Below, one piece after another: positions 18,753-28,747 of a stretch of DNA of 64,000 nucleotides (within the stretch, counting starts at the first letter, position 1; every line of letters starts with the position of its first letter). The translations under genes and the position numbers were made by a program. This DNA comes from an uncultured Gammaproteobacteria bacterium (GTDB lineage Bacteria > Patescibacteriota > Patescibacteriia > UBA9934), in the NCBI GenBank assembly GCA_964344415.1, contig CAYFMS010000001.1, forward strand, positions 250,620 to 314,619. The letters are read 5' to 3'. The notes under the pieces were generated by a model. The model was given only the letters and a program-made list of their open reading frames with translations, made no database searches and was not told the DNA's origin.

Positions 18753-19454
18753 ATGGGTCAAAAAATTCATCCAAAACTATTCAGACTGCAAACGATTTTC
18801 GACTGGGATTCGAAATGGTTTGCACCGCGTGGAAAGTACATCCAATACTTAAAAGAGGATGTGAATCTACGAAATTTCATTAAAGACGCGCTCAAAGATG
18901 CCGCTGTTGACTCTGTTTTGATTGACAGAAATGCAAATAAGATCACGATTACGATTATTTCTGCAAAGCCAGGATTCGTTATTGGTCGATCTGGTGCCGG
19001 TATTGAAGAATTGAAGAAGAAGATTACGAAGAAATTCTTTGCCGGAAAGCGTGTTTCAATGAATATTAATGTAAAAGAAGTAGCTCACCCTTCATTATCT
19101 GCACGTGTTGTTGGTTTGCAAATTGCCAATGAAATCGAGCGACGTCTTCCATTTAGACGATCGATGAAAATGGCGCTTGAACGCATTATCAAAGCGGGAG
19201 CGAAAGGAGCGAAAATCACCGTTGGAGGACGATTGAATGGAGCAGAAATTGCTCGAAGTGAAACTGTCTCAGAGGGTAGTATTCCTCTTCATAATCTTCG
19301 CGCTGACATCGATTACTCTCGAGTGACGGCGAAAACGATTTGGGGAACAATTGGAATCAAAGTTTGGATTTACAAGGGTGAAGTTTTCGACAAATCAGAA
19401 GTTAAAAAGACGGCGGTTGAAAAGCCGAAACGTCGACGCCGAGCGCGTTCATAA
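18753..19454 (+). CDS. rpsC: 30S ribosomal protein S3
   Basis: MGQKIHPKLFRL...KH domain, GRLNGAEIARSE. Confidence 0.95.
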   Translation: MGQKIHPKLFRLQTIFDWDSKWFAPRGKYIQYLKEDVNLRNFIKDALKDAAVDSVLIDRNANKITITIISAKPGFVIGRSGAGIEELKKKITKKFFAGKRVSMNINVKEVAHPSLSARVVGLQIANEIERRLPFRRSMKMALERIIKAGAKGAKITVGGRLNGAEIARSETVSEGSIPLHNLRADIDYSRVTAKTIWGTIGIKVWIYKGEVFDKSEVKKTAVEKPKRRRRARS

Positions 19455-19463
19455 TGAAAGATT

Positions 19464-19877
19464 ATGTTGATGCCAAAGAAACAAAAGTATCGCAAGCATC
19501 ATAAGCGGCGCACAAAAGGTGACCGTCTTGCGACACAGAAAACAAAGGTAGATTTTGGAGAATACGGACTGAAAGCTATGACAGAGTCATGGGTAACGGC
19601 CCGCCAAATCGAATCTGCGCGTCGAGCAATGACTCGATACGTAAAGCGTGGAGGAAAGATCTGGATTCGACTTTTCCCGGATCACCCAGTGACAAGTCAC
19701 GGCGGTGAATCTCCGATGGGTAAAGGTAAAGGTGGAGTTGATTATTACATGACACCTGTACGAGCCGGAACAGTAATGTTCGAAATGGATGGTGTGACAG
19801 AAGAGCAGGCGCGGGAAGCATTCCGACTTGCGTCACATAAGCTTCCAATGAAAACGAAATTCGTAACAAAGCATTAA
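19464..19877 (+). CDS. rplP: 50S ribosomal protein L16
   Basis: [18 protein letters not shown]...[32 protein letters not shown]. Confidence 0.95.
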   Translation: MLMPKKQKYRKHHKRRTKGDRLATQKTKVDFGEYGLKAMTESWVTARQIESARRAMTRYVKRGGKIWIRLFPDHPVTSHGGESPMGKGKGGVDYYMTPVRAGTVMFEMDGVTEEQAREAFRLASHKLPMKTKFVTKH

Positions 19878-19878
19878 T

Positions 19879-20091
19879 ATGAATTTCAAAGACATGACAA
19901 AGAAAAAGACAGCGGAACTTCAGAAAATGCTAGCGGAGGAACGCGGAAAGCTCTTCGATCTAAAATTGAAGGTAGCCGTAAATCAGCTGAAGGACCATGC
20001 AAAGATCAGAAATACGCGTAAAAAGATTGCGCAATTGCTAACAGCGATGGCACAGCAAAAAGCTGAATCATCTAATACAGACACCAAATAG
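19879..20091 (+). CDS. rpmC: 50S ribosomal protein L29
   Basis: 70 aa, ELQKMLAEERGKLFDLKLKVAVNQLKD. Confidence 0.9.
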   Translation: MNFKDMTKKKTAELQKMLAEERGKLFDLKLKVAVNQLKDHAKIRNTRKKIAQLLTAMAQQKAESSNTDTK

Positions 20092-20097
20092 GTAACT

Positions 20098-20355
20098 ATG
20101 AAAGAAGAAGGAAATAAAACACGAAACCGACGACGTCTTGATGGGACCGTTGTTTCAGACAAGATGGATAAAACCGTCGTTGTTCGTGTTGACCGAACGG
20201 TGGTGCATCCAAAGTATTTGAAGCGTTACACGGTAAGTAAGCGTTACAAGGCTCATGATGATGAGAATACGTATAAAGCAGGTGATGAAGTGACGATTGA
20301 AGAAACGCGTCCATATTCAAAAGATAAGCGTTTTCGCGTTGTAGGAAAGAAATAG
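20098..20355 (+). CDS. rpsQ: 30S ribosomal protein S17
   Basis: [44 protein letters not shown]. Confidence 0.95.
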   Translation: MKEEGNKTRNRRRLDGTVVSDKMDKTVVVRVDRTVVHPKYLKRYTVSKRYKAHDDENTYKAGDEVTIEETRPYSKDKRFRVVGKK

Positions 20356-20356
20356 T

Positions 20357-20728
20357 ATGTTACAACATCGATCAATGATTCAAGTAGCTGACAATACCGG
20401 AGCAAAGAAACTTCAGGTTATTCGCGTTTTGGGCGGGTACAAGAAGCGTTATGCTCGTATCGGTGACATTGTTACAGCTGTTATTAAAGAAGCTGTTCCA
20501 CATAGCAGCGTGAAAAAGAGTGATATCGTTCATGCTGTTATTGTGCGAACAAAGAAGGAAACACGTCGCAAAGACGGGTCATATATTCGCTTTGACGAAA
20601 ATGCGGCCGTTATTGTGAACCGTGAGACAAAAGAACCGAAAGGAACTCGTATTTTTGGACCGGTTGCGCGAGAGCTTCGTGGAGAAGGTTTCCAAAAGAT
20701 TATTTCATTAGCCCCAGAGGTACTCTAA
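20357..20728 (+). CDS. rplN: 50S ribosomal protein L14
   Basis: [27 protein letters not shown]. Confidence 0.95.
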   Translation: MLQHRSMIQVADNTGAKKLQVIRVLGGYKKRYARIGDIVTAVIKEAVPHSSVKKSDIVHAVIVRTKKETRRKDGSYIRFDENAAVIVNRETKEPKGTRIFGPVARELRGEGFQKIISLAPEVL

Positions 20729-20738
20729 TTGTAGGCAT

Positions 20739-21056
20739 ATGAAGATTAAAACAGGTGATACCGTTCGAGTTATCGCAGGGAAAGACAAAGGGAAAACAGG
20801 AAAAATCATGCAAACATTCCCTGAAAGAAATCAAGTTGTTGTCGAGGGTGTAAATGAAAGCACGAAGCATATCAAGCGACGTGGAAATACACCGGGACAA
20901 AAAGTTTCCTACAATGCACCAATTCATGTCTCAAATGTAAAAATTGTTGGCAAGAATATGGAGGGTAGAGTCGGATACAAAATGCTTGACAAGGACGGTA
21001 AGAAAGAAAAGGTCCGTGTGATTAAATCATCAAAGGGCACAGAAGAAATTGCATAG
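20739..21056 (+). CDS. rplX: 50S ribosomal protein L24
   Basis: MKIKTGDTVRVIAGKDKGKTGKIMQ (KOW motif). Confidence 0.95.
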   Translation: MKIKTGDTVRVIAGKDKGKTGKIMQTFPERNQVVVEGVNESTKHIKRRGNTPGQKVSYNAPIHVSNVKIVGKNMEGRVGYKMLDKDGKKEKVRVIKSSKGTEEIA

Positions 21057-21057
21057 T

Positions 21058-21594
21058 ATGTCGAGTATCATTAAGGAAAAATATACAAAAGAGGCAGTGC
21101 CGGCCATAAAGGAGCAATTTGGACTTCCTACGGGACGCATTCCAAAAATTGTGAAAGTCACTATTAATACGGGGCTTAGCACAAAGAGAGATCCAAAGTT
21201 TATTGAAACAATGGTTGATACGCTTGAACGCATTTCTGGTCAAAAGCCAGTTGTGACAAAGGCGCGTAAATCTATTGCTGGATTCAAACTGCGTGAAGGA
21301 ATGCCAACGGGTGCATCTGTGACGCTTCGAGGGCCGCGCATGTGGAGTTTCCTCGACAAGCTGGTCAATGTAACATTCCCGCGTGTGCGAGACTTCCGAG
21401 GAATCGAAGAAAAGACAGTAGATAGAAGCGGAAATCTCAATGTTGGATTCAAAGAGCATATCGCTTTTCCAGAAGTGGAAGCAGATGCAATCGAATCTAT
21501 TCATGGACTCCAAGTAAATGTCACGACATCAACAGATAATCGTGAAGAGGGACTAGCGCTATTCAAATTGCTAGGCTTCCCATTTAAGAAATAA
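21058..21594 (+). CDS. rplE: 50S ribosomal protein L5
   Basis: ATG 21058 immediately after rplX stop; KIVKVTINTGLS...ASVTLRGPRMWSFLDKLVNVTFPRVRDFRG. Confidence 0.95.
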   Translation: MSSIIKEKYTKEAVPAIKEQFGLPTGRIPKIVKVTINTGLSTKRDPKFIETMVDTLERISGQKPVVTKARKSIAGFKLREGMPTGASVTLRGPRMWSFLDKLVNVTFPRVRDFRGIEEKTVDRSGNLNVGFKEHIAFPEVEADAIESIHGLQVNVTTSTDNREEGLALFKLLGFPFKK

Positions 21595-21597
21595 GAT

Positions 21598-21783
21598 ATG
21601 GCAACAAAAAACCAAATCGCAAAATCGAAGAAAACGCCAAAATACATGACTCGCAAGGTCAACCGTTGTTGGAATTGTGGTCGTCAGCGTTATTTCATGC
21701 GTCATTTCGGACTTTGCCGTATCTGCTTCCGGGAAATGGCGAATAAAGGTGAAATTCCGGGAATTAAGAAATCAAGCTGGTAG
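21598..21783 (+). CDS. rpsN: 30S ribosomal protein S14, Zn-ribbon (type Z)
   Basis: 61 aa with CWNCGRQ...CRIC zinc ribbon. Confidence 0.9.
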   Translation: MATKNQIAKSKKTPKYMTRKVNRCWNCGRQRYFMRHFGLCRICFREMANKGEIPGIKKSSW

Positions 21784-21784
21784 T

Positions 21785-22180
21785 ATGATGACAGATCCAA
21801 TCTCAGACATGCTGACACGAATTCGTAATGCATCGCTTGCATCAAAATCAGTGGCCGAAATGCCGCTTTCAAAGATGAAGTATGCCATTGCAAAAATCCT
21901 TGAACATGAAGGGTACGTGGGAGCTGTTGAACAATATCAAGAAGGTGCACGGCCAATGCTGCGTATCAATCTTAAATATGATGGAGCTGCAAAGCCGGCT
22001 ATTTCATCTATCAAAAGAATCAGTAAGCCTGGTCGACGCGTGTATGCAAAATCTAATGAACTTCCACGTGTTCGTGGTGGATATGGTTTTGCACTCGTAT
22101 CAACGCCAAATGGAATCATGACAAGTGACGAAGCGCGAAAGCGACATTTGGGTGGTGAAATAATTTGTGAAGTATTTTAA
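21785..22180 (+). CDS. rpsH: 30S ribosomal protein S8
   Basis: ATG 21785 directly after rpsN stop; MMTDPISDMLTRIRNA. Confidence 0.95.
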   Translation: MMTDPISDMLTRIRNASLASKSVAEMPLSKMKYAIAKILEHEGYVGAVEQYQEGARPMLRINLKYDGAAKPAISSIKRISKPGRRVYAKSNELPRVRGGYGFALVSTPNGIMTSDEARKRHLGGEIICEVF

Positions 22181-22181
22181 T

Positions 22182-22733
22182 ATGTCACGTATTGGAAAGA
22201 AAATTATTGCACTATCAAATGGTGTTGAAGCAAATATCACTGAAGGACGAATTTCTATAAAGGGTCCAAAAGGTGAGTTGAGTCGTGAACTTCATTCAGA
22301 AATCGTTGTTCTTGAAAAAGAGAATGAAGATGGCGGGAAATACCTAGAAGTTGAACTTGCTGATGGTAGCGAAAATAAAGCAATTTGGGGAACGATGCGC
22401 GCACATCTTGCAAATATGGTGCAAGGTGTTACAGAAGGGTGGTCAAAAACCCTTGAGCTTAGCGGTGTTGGTTTCCGTATGAATCTTGCTGGAAAAACAC
22501 TCAAAATGAATCTTGGATTTTCGCATGAAGTCAATTATGACATTCCGGAAGGAATTGATGCGAATATTGAAGGAATGACACTCACGATTTCTGGTCTTGA
22601 TAAGGAGCTTGTTGGTAAGGTTGCATCTGAAATTAGAGCATTTAAGAAGCCAGAACCTTATAAAGGAAAAGGATTTAGATACTCTGATGAGGTAATCCGT
22701 CGCAAGGTCGGTAAGGCAGCGAAGGCTGAATAA
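22182..22733 (+). CDS. rplF: 50S ribosomal protein L6
   Basis: [11 protein letters not shown]...[10 protein letters not shown]. Confidence 0.95.
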   Translation: MSRIGKKIIALSNGVEANITEGRISIKGPKGELSRELHSEIVVLEKENEDGGKYLEVELADGSENKAIWGTMRAHLANMVQGVTEGWSKTLELSGVGFRMNLAGKTLKMNLGFSHEVNYDIPEGIDANIEGMTLTISGLDKELVGKVASEIRAFKKPEPYKGKGFRYSDEVIRRKVGKAAKAE

Positions 22734-23101
22734 TGCATATGAAAAAGTTACTTACAAAAAAGAATCGAAGCGCAAAGCAGCGAGCTGCTCGAACGCGTAA
22801 AAGCATTCTACGTGGTGCTAATACACGACCGCGCCTATCTGTTTTCAGAACAGCGAAGCATATGTATGCTCAGATCATTAATGATGAGACTGGTACAACA
22901 CTTGCTGCATCTTCTGATAAGCATGTTGATGCTGCCGGAAAGAAGCCGGTAGAAATTGCAGCACTTATTGGGTCTGATATTGCAAGTAAAGCAAAGGAAG
23001 CTGGTGTATCAAAGGTTGTGTTTGATCGAGGATCGTATAAATATCATGGTCGTGTTCGTGCACTTGCGGAAGCAGCGCGTGAAGCTGGTCTTGAATTCTA
23101 G
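22733..23101 (+). CDS. rplR: 50S ribosomal protein L18
   Basis: [30 protein letters not shown]...[17 protein letters not shown]. Confidence 0.95.
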   Translation: MHMKKLLTKKNRSAKQRAARTRKSILRGANTRPRLSVFRTAKHMYAQIINDETGTTLAASSDKHVDAAGKKPVEIAALIGSDIASKAKEAGVSKVVFDRGSYKYHGRVRALAEAAREAGLEF

Positions 23102-23104
23102 TAT

Positions 23105-23629
23105 ATGGAAGAGAAAAAACAGGAACAAAAGAAAGAATATAAGGGTGGTCGAGGCCGTGGACGCGGACGACGCCCTCAGCGAGAGCCTCGTGAATTCGAG
23201 CAGAAGATTCTCGACCTTGCGCGAGTAACGCGTGTAACAAAGGGTGGAAAACGTATGCGTTTCCGAACTTGTCTTATCATTGGTGATAAGAAGGGACGTG
23301 TTGGAATGGGTGTTGCAAAGGGTGTGGATGTTGCCACATCAGTTGAAAAGGCATTTCGACGGGCGAAGAAAAATTTGGTAACCGTACCTCTTCAGAATGA
23401 AACACTTCCACATGAGATTCTCGTGAAAGACGGTGCAGCGAAGGTTATGATGAAGCCGGCTCCTGTTGGTACAGGATTAAAGTCTGGTGGACCGGTTCGT
23501 GTTGTACTAGAACTCGCTGGTGTGCCAAATGCTGTGACGAAGATCCTTGGATCAAATAATAAGATCAATAATGCGCGCGCGACTTTTAAGGCGCTTCGCT
23601 CATTTAAGACAGTCAATGCAAAGAAATAG
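23105..23629 (+). CDS. rpsE: 30S ribosomal protein S5
   Basis: RVTRVTKGGKRMRFRTCLIIGDKKGRVGMGVAKG. Confidence 0.95.
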   Translation: MEEKKQEQKKEYKGGRGRGRGRRPQREPREFEQKILDLARVTRVTKGGKRMRFRTCLIIGDKKGRVGMGVAKGVDVATSVEKAFRRAKKNLVTVPLQNETLPHEILVKDGAAKVMMKPAPVGTGLKSGGPVRVVLELAGVPNAVTKILGSNNKINNARATFKALRSFKTVNAKK

Positions 23630-23632
23630 CAT

Positions 23633-24070
23633 ATGAGTATTGGATTACATAATTTGTCACCAAAAGCTGGATCTAAGAAGTCAAAGAAACGTGTTGGTCG
23701 CGGATTGGCTTCAAAGGGTACAACGGCTGGTCGTGGACAAAAAGGACAAAAAGCACGTTCAGGTACGGGTGGATTCAAGCGTCTTGGAATGCGAAAGCTT
23801 CTCCTTTCGACGCCAAAATTACGCGGATTTGGATCAATGCAGGCAAAAAAGGAAATCATCAGTATCGATGAAATCGCAAAACATTTCGGAAAAGGAGATG
23901 TTGTAGCTCCAAAGTCATTGAAGAAAAAAGGATTGATTCAGACAGTGAAGAATGGAGTAAAAATCCTTTCTGATGGAGAAATTGAGCATCCTGTGAAAGT
24001 TCAAGGTTGTTCTGTATCAAAAAAAGCGGCAGAAAAAATTCTTGCTGCTGGAGGTGAAATCGTAGCTTAA
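23633..24070 (+). CDS. rplO: 50S ribosomal protein L15 (follows S5 directly; no L30 gene)
   Basis: LHNLSPKAGSKKSKKRVGRGLASKGTTAGRGQKGQKARSG. Confidence 0.95.
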   Translation: MSIGLHNLSPKAGSKKSKKRVGRGLASKGTTAGRGQKGQKARSGTGGFKRLGMRKLLLSTPKLRGFGSMQAKKEIISIDEIAKHFGKGDVVAPKSLKKKGLIQTVKNGVKILSDGEIEHPVKVQGCSVSKKAAEKILAAGGEIVA

Positions 24071-24071
24071 T

Positions 24072-25343
24072 ATGATAAAAAATATCCTGGGTGCCTTCAA
24101 AGTGAAAGAAATTCGAGATAGCTTACTGTTTATTCTGCTCGTCATCACGATTTTCCGTGTTGCGGCGCATATTACGGTACCAGGTATTGATGCAAGTGGA
24201 CTTGCAGCACTTCTAGAATCAAATCAATTTCTTGGACTCTTGAATGTATTTTCTGGTGGAACGCTGGATAGTTTCTCGATTGTGGCTCTCGGTGTGGCCC
24301 CGTATATTACGGCGTCCATTATCGTGCAGCTTCTCGGAATGATTTTCCCTTCCGTTGAGGAAATGCAGAAAGAAGAGCAGGGACGACGTCGATTGAATCA
24401 ATGGACGCGAATTGCAACGGTTCCACTCGCATTCATTCAAGGATATGGTTTGATAGCACTTCTTGGTCAATCTGGAGGGCATGGAGCAAGTCTTGCCGCA
24501 TTTAACCTCGCGCCATTCGACATGTTTGTTGTTCTTCTCACCATGACGGCAGGAACGATTTTCCTTATGTGGCTTGGTGAGCTTATCAGTGAACGAGGCG
24601 TTGGAAATGGAATTTCAATTCTTATCCTAGCAGGTATTATCGCTTCATTCCCGCAATTTCTCTTGCAGACAATCGCGACATATACCTCTAGCGATCTCTT
24701 CGATATCATTCTCTTCTTGATTCTGACGGTTATTACAATCGTTGCTGTCGTGATTGTGAATGAGGGGCAGAGGAATATACCTGTTCAATATGCTCGTGGA
24801 GGTGCTGGCATGAAAGTGTCTTCGCATCTTCCAGTGCGTGTGAATATGGGTGGAATGATTCCAATTATCTTTGCTATCGCAGTTATCGTTTTCCCTCCGC
24901 TTATTGCGCAATTCTTCTTGAATGCAAGGACGGGATTCCTGAGAAGTATTTCGGAAATAACGATTGAACTCTTCAATAATAGTTTCTTCTACGGACTATT
25001 GTACTTCCTGCTCGTATTCGGATTCACGTATTTCTATGCAACGGTTGTATTTAAACCAGATCAAGTTGCGGAGAATCTTCAGAAGCAGGGTGGTTTCGTG
25101 CCTGGTATTAGACCGGGTGTTGAAACGGCGAGCTATCTGAATCGTGTGAAGAATAGATTGCTCCTTACAGGGGCGACGTTCCTTGGACTCATCGCGGTAT
25201 TACCGCTTATTGTTCAGGAAATTACCGGAAGTCAAAATCTGATTGTCGGTGGTGCTTCCATTCTGATCATTGTGGCGGTTGTGATCGATATGTTTAAACA
25301 GATCGAGTCGCAATTATCGCTTCGAGAATACGAAATAAAATAA
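24072..25343 (+). CDS. secY: Preprotein translocase subunit SecY
   Basis: 423 aa, 10 TM; SGGTLDSFSIVALGVAPYITASIIVQLL. Confidence 0.95.
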   Translation: MIKNILGAFKVKEIRDSLLFILLVITIFRVAAHITVPGIDASGLAALLESNQFLGLLNVFSGGTLDSFSIVALGVAPYITASIIVQLLGMIFPSVEEMQKEEQGRRRLNQWTRIATVPLAFIQGYGLIALLGQSGGHGASLAAFNLAPFDMFVVLLTMTAGTIFLMWLGELISERGVGNGISILILAGIIASFPQFLLQTIATYTSSDLFDIILFLILTVITIVAVVIVNEGQRNIPVQYARGGAGMKVSSHLPVRVNMGGMIPIIFAIAVIVFPPLIAQFFLNARTGFLRSISEITIELFNNSFFYGLLYFLLVFGFTYFYATVVFKPDQVAENLQKQGGFVPGIRPGVETASYLNRVKNRLLLTGATFLGLIAVLPLIVQEITGSQNLIVGGASILIIVAVVIDMFKQIESQLSLREYEIK

Positions 25344-25725
25344 AAGAATGCCTTCGGGCATTCTTTTATTTTAGGGTCGCTTGTGAGTTGGCGACCTTTC
25401 GCTTCAGTTTTCCGTTGCTCATTCACCGTACGTTCCAGTACGGCTCATTCCGCTACCAAGTTAAGGTTGAACCTTGACTGCGATTCGGAATAGGTTCAAC
25501 CTTTCTTGGCTCACTGCGCGACTACGAAATTTCTTTTGAATGAGTGATCCATCGTAAAATAAAGGTTGAACCTCGACTAACTATTCGCACATAGACTCAA
25601 CCTTTCCGAGCCAGCATTGCACTCATCCTTCACCAATATTGCATCCGACATTCTTCACGGATAGGGTCATTCGGGCTAAGTTTGGCCTTGATCAGATGTT
25701 AAAAATTACCTATACTCACTGCGTT

Positions 25726-26277
25726 ATGCATAGAATTATTGTTTTAGGTCCGCAAGGAAGTGGAAAAGGAACGCAAGCAAAAATCATTGCTGAGCATTTA
25801 GATGTGCCAGCTCTTTCAATGGGAGATTTACTGCGTGCAGAAAAAGCGAGCGGTAGTGAAAGAGGAAAAATCATCGCTGAATTAATCGATGGTGGAAGTC
25901 TTGTGCCGGACGATATCACGAGCGCCGTTCTAAAAGAGCGACTCAATCAAGACGATACGAAAAATGGTTTTATTCTTGACGGATATCCTCGTTTTATGGA
26001 GCAATATGAAGCCTCTCTTTCATTCTTGAATCCGACAGCGCTTCTCGTTATCTCGGTTCCAGAAGAGGAATCAGTGAATCGAATCATGAAGCGTGCAGAG
26101 ACAGAGGGACGCGTGGATGACACTCCGGAAAGCATTCAAAAACGTCTTGGCTGGTCAAGGGAAAAAACGGAGCCCGTAATAAAGAAGTATGAAGAGCAGG
26201 GGATTGCGCATCATATTGATGGCATGGGAACAATCGAAGAAGTAGCCCAGCGTGTTAAATTGGCGGTTGGCGTTTAG
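25726..26277 (+). CDS. adk: Adenylate kinase
   Basis: ATG 25726 (TATACT -10 upstream); MHRIIVLGPQGSGKGTQAKIIAEHL. Confidence 0.9.
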   Translation: MHRIIVLGPQGSGKGTQAKIIAEHLDVPALSMGDLLRAEKASGSERGKIIAELIDGGSLVPDDITSAVLKERLNQDDTKNGFILDGYPRFMEQYEASLSFLNPTALLVISVPEEESVNRIMKRAETEGRVDDTPESIQKRLGWSREKTEPVIKKYEEQGIAHHIDGMGTIEEVAQRVKLAVGV

Positions 26278-26278
26278 T

Positions 26279-27064
26279 ATGGCATTTATAAAAACAAAAG
26301 AAGAGATTGAGAAAATGCGTGAAGGTGGTGCATTGCTTTCACGCGCTCTGCAGGCGGCGGTTGATGCCGTGAAACCGGGTGTAAGCATGCGTGAGCTCGA
26401 TAAAATCGCAACAGATGTACTCGTTGCAGGTGGCGGTGATCCCTCATTTAAGGGGTATAAAGGTGGTGGCGATCTTCCATTTCCGTCAGCTGTTTGTATT
26501 TCGAATAATCAAGAAGTTGTGCATGGCACAGGTAATCGCGATATTAAGCTTCAATCTGGTGATATTGTCGGGCTTGATATTGGTGTTTGGCTGCATGGAC
26601 TTTGTACTGATATGGCATGCACGGTACCGGTTGGGCAGGTGAGTAAAGAAAGACTTGCGCTCCTTCGGATTACGCGTGATGCTTTGATGATGGGTGTTGA
26701 TGCGACGCGTGCGGGGAATATGATTTCGGATATTAGTGGCGCTGTTGAAGATGCAATCGATCAGAAGAAATATGGGATTGTAAAAGCACTTGTCGGTCAT
26801 GGTGTTGGTCATGAAGTGCATGAAGCACCGCATGTTCCTAATTATCGATCGAAACATTTTCAGGATATGGAATTGAAGAAGGGGATGTGTCTCGCGCTCG
26901 AACCTATGATTACGACAGGGACAGATCAGGTTCGTACTGCCGATGATGGATGGACAATAGAAACAACAGATCAATCAGATGCCGCGCATTTTGAAGTAAC
27001 GGTTGCAATTACGGAAAAAGGACCAGAAATTTTAACGCCTCAACCCCATATTGCTGGGCTGTAA
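26279..27064 (+). CDS. map: Methionine aminopeptidase type I
   Basis: ATG 26279; MAFIKTKEEIEKMREGG...VHGTGNRDIKLQSGDIVGLDIG...GHGVGHEVHEAP. Confidence 0.9.
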   Translation: MAFIKTKEEIEKMREGGALLSRALQAAVDAVKPGVSMRELDKIATDVLVAGGGDPSFKGYKGGGDLPFPSAVCISNNQEVVHGTGNRDIKLQSGDIVGLDIGVWLHGLCTDMACTVPVGQVSKERLALLRITRDALMMGVDATRAGNMISDISGAVEDAIDQKKYGIVKALVGHGVGHEVHEAPHVPNYRSKHFQDMELKKGMCLALEPMITTGTDQVRTADDGWTIETTDQSDAAHFEVTVAITEKGPEILTPQPHIAGL

Positions 27065-27518
27065 TATGATGAACAGAGACACTCTCTTATTTGGAGGAAT
27101 GCTGATCGCTCTTGTAGCTATCGGGTCTCATTTTCTATTTTCAAAACCCGCACCTGGTGTGCGTTATCGGCCAGTCGATGTTGGTGGTGGTGCAATTCAA
27201 GTGCAGAATCAGCCTTTTGCACATATTGTTGGTTTAGACGCTGAAATTGCTGCAACTGGTTTTATTTCTATTCATCCATCATTGAGCGGAGCTCCGCAGG
27301 CACCAATTGGTGCATCGGACCTGCTCGAACCGGGGAATTATTCAGATATTATTATTGAAATTGATGGGGAAATGCTTCCCGGTGCGCGTTATATCGCTCT
27401 TTTAACGGTTGATGACGGGAATGGTATTTTTGAGGCTGGTGTTGATTTGCCCGTAAAAACAAATGAAGAAGTAGTTAGAATGGACTTTCTTTATACGCCA
27501 GAAAGTGAGCAAGAATAG
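27051..27518 (+). CDS. Hypothetical membrane-anchored protein
   Basis: N-terminal TM helix, no recognised family. Confidence 0.4.
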   Translation: MLGCNMMNRDTLLFGGMLIALVAIGSHFLFSKPAPGVRYRPVDVGGGAIQVQNQPFAHIVGLDAEIAATGFISIHPSLSGAPQAPIGASDLLEPGNYSDIIIEIDGEMLPGARYIALLTVDDGNGIFEAGVDLPVKTNEEVVRMDFLYTPESEQE

Positions 27519-27897
27519 TATGAGATTACTTGGTATTGATTATGGTCTAAAACGTATTGGCTTGGCGCTTGGTGATAGCGAGACGGGCATTGCCACGCCG
27601 CTTGAAACAGTTGATGAAAAGACGGCAATTGTTCATATTCAGAATCTCATCCGTGAAGAAGGAATAGATGAATGTGTTATCGGGCTGCCTTATAATGCCG
27701 ATGGGACAGAATCAGAGCAATTACTTTTGACGAAAAAATTTATTCAGCAATTAGAATCATTTGTGAAAGTGAACACAATTGATGAACGATTCACGACGGC
27801 AGAAGCTCGTGAAATGCAATCTGAAGGAGATATAGCGGACAAAGATGCGCTTGCGGCACTCATCATTTTAGAGACATACTTTTCCGAACATAGCTAA
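27505..27897 (+). CDS. ruvX: Holliday-junction-resolvase-like protein YqgF/RuvX
   Basis: MRLLGIDYGLKRIGLALGDSETGIATPLETV. Confidence 0.75.
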   Translation: MSKNSMRLLGIDYGLKRIGLALGDSETGIATPLETVDEKTAIVHIQNLIREEGIDECVIGLPYNADGTESEQLLLTKKFIQQLESFVKVNTIDERFTTAEAREMQSEGDIADKDALAALIILETYFSEHS

Positions 27898-27904
27898 AAG
27901 TACA

Positions 27905-28735
27905 TTGCTTACGTATAATATCTTCATGGCTTGGTACTCGATAAAAGACGAAGGTATTGTATTACGGGCATTTCCTTGGAGGGAATATGACCGAAGGTAC
28001 CGGATTCTGACGCATAGGCATGGAAAAATCGACTGTATTGGTCGTGGTGCTCAGAAAGAAAAAGCAAAGCTTGCTCCGGCACTTGAACCTTTTGCTATTG
28101 TTGATATTGAAATAGTGCGAGGCCGAAAATCTACAACGATTATTTCTGTTGAAAAAAAGAAGCGTTTTTGGGATGTGATGCATGAACTTGATAAACGTCT
28201 TGCGGCGCAAACATCACTTCAACTCCTCGATCGTTTTACGCAAGAATATGACCCTGATCCAGATTTATATGCACTTGCATCACATTGGCTGCATTTTTTG
28301 AATGAATGCTCGATTGATTCGCATACACGTTCTACATTTTTGATTGGTGGTTTTCTTCTAAGGCTTCTTGAGCATTTTGGATATCAGACGCAGTTACGAG
28401 ATTGCATAAATTGTCGGCAAAAGGTTCGTTCGAATGAGTATAAATGGCATGGAGGGAAAGGTGGGCTGATTTGTTCAAACTGTATTAAGAGTGATGACTA
28501 TGAATGGTTTGCAGCCAGATTGATTGGGGATGATGTTATTACACTTCTTCGCTTTGCTCGATCAGCTGACTTAAGTGATTTAATGAAGCCTGCGCTTTCT
28601 GGTGCTGTCATGTCCGATTTTGCCAATATTATTCACGACTTGGTGACCTTCCATATCCCCGGAGCGAGTGACTTGCCGTTTTGGAGAGGGATTTTGCATG
28701 ACGTTCCACTTGAAGAACCGGTAAATTATGGGTAA
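27905..28735 (+). CDS. recO: DNA repair protein RecO
   Basis: N-terminal OB-fold segment (EGIVLRAFPWREYDRRYRILT) plus CINCRQ...CSNC zinc finger. Confidence 0.7.
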   Translation: MLTYNIFMAWYSIKDEGIVLRAFPWREYDRRYRILTHRHGKIDCIGRGAQKEKAKLAPALEPFAIVDIEIVRGRKSTTIISVEKKKRFWDVMHELDKRLAAQTSLQLLDRFTQEYDPDPDLYALASHWLHFLNECSIDSHTRSTFLIGGFLLRLLEHFGYQTQLRDCINCRQKVRSNEYKWHGGKGGLICSNCIKSDDYEWFAARLIGDDVITLLRFARSADLSDLMKPALSGAVMSDFANIIHDLVTFHIPGASDLPFWRGILHDVPLEEPVNYG

Positions 28736-28747
28736 TATCTGATCATT

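Noticed and set aside
21022-21513. 163-aa minus-strand ORF, and similar antisense ORFs at 26486..26974 and 31610..32179
   Set aside because: They are entirely antisense to the highly conserved rplE, map and dacA-like genes respectively. They are spurious.
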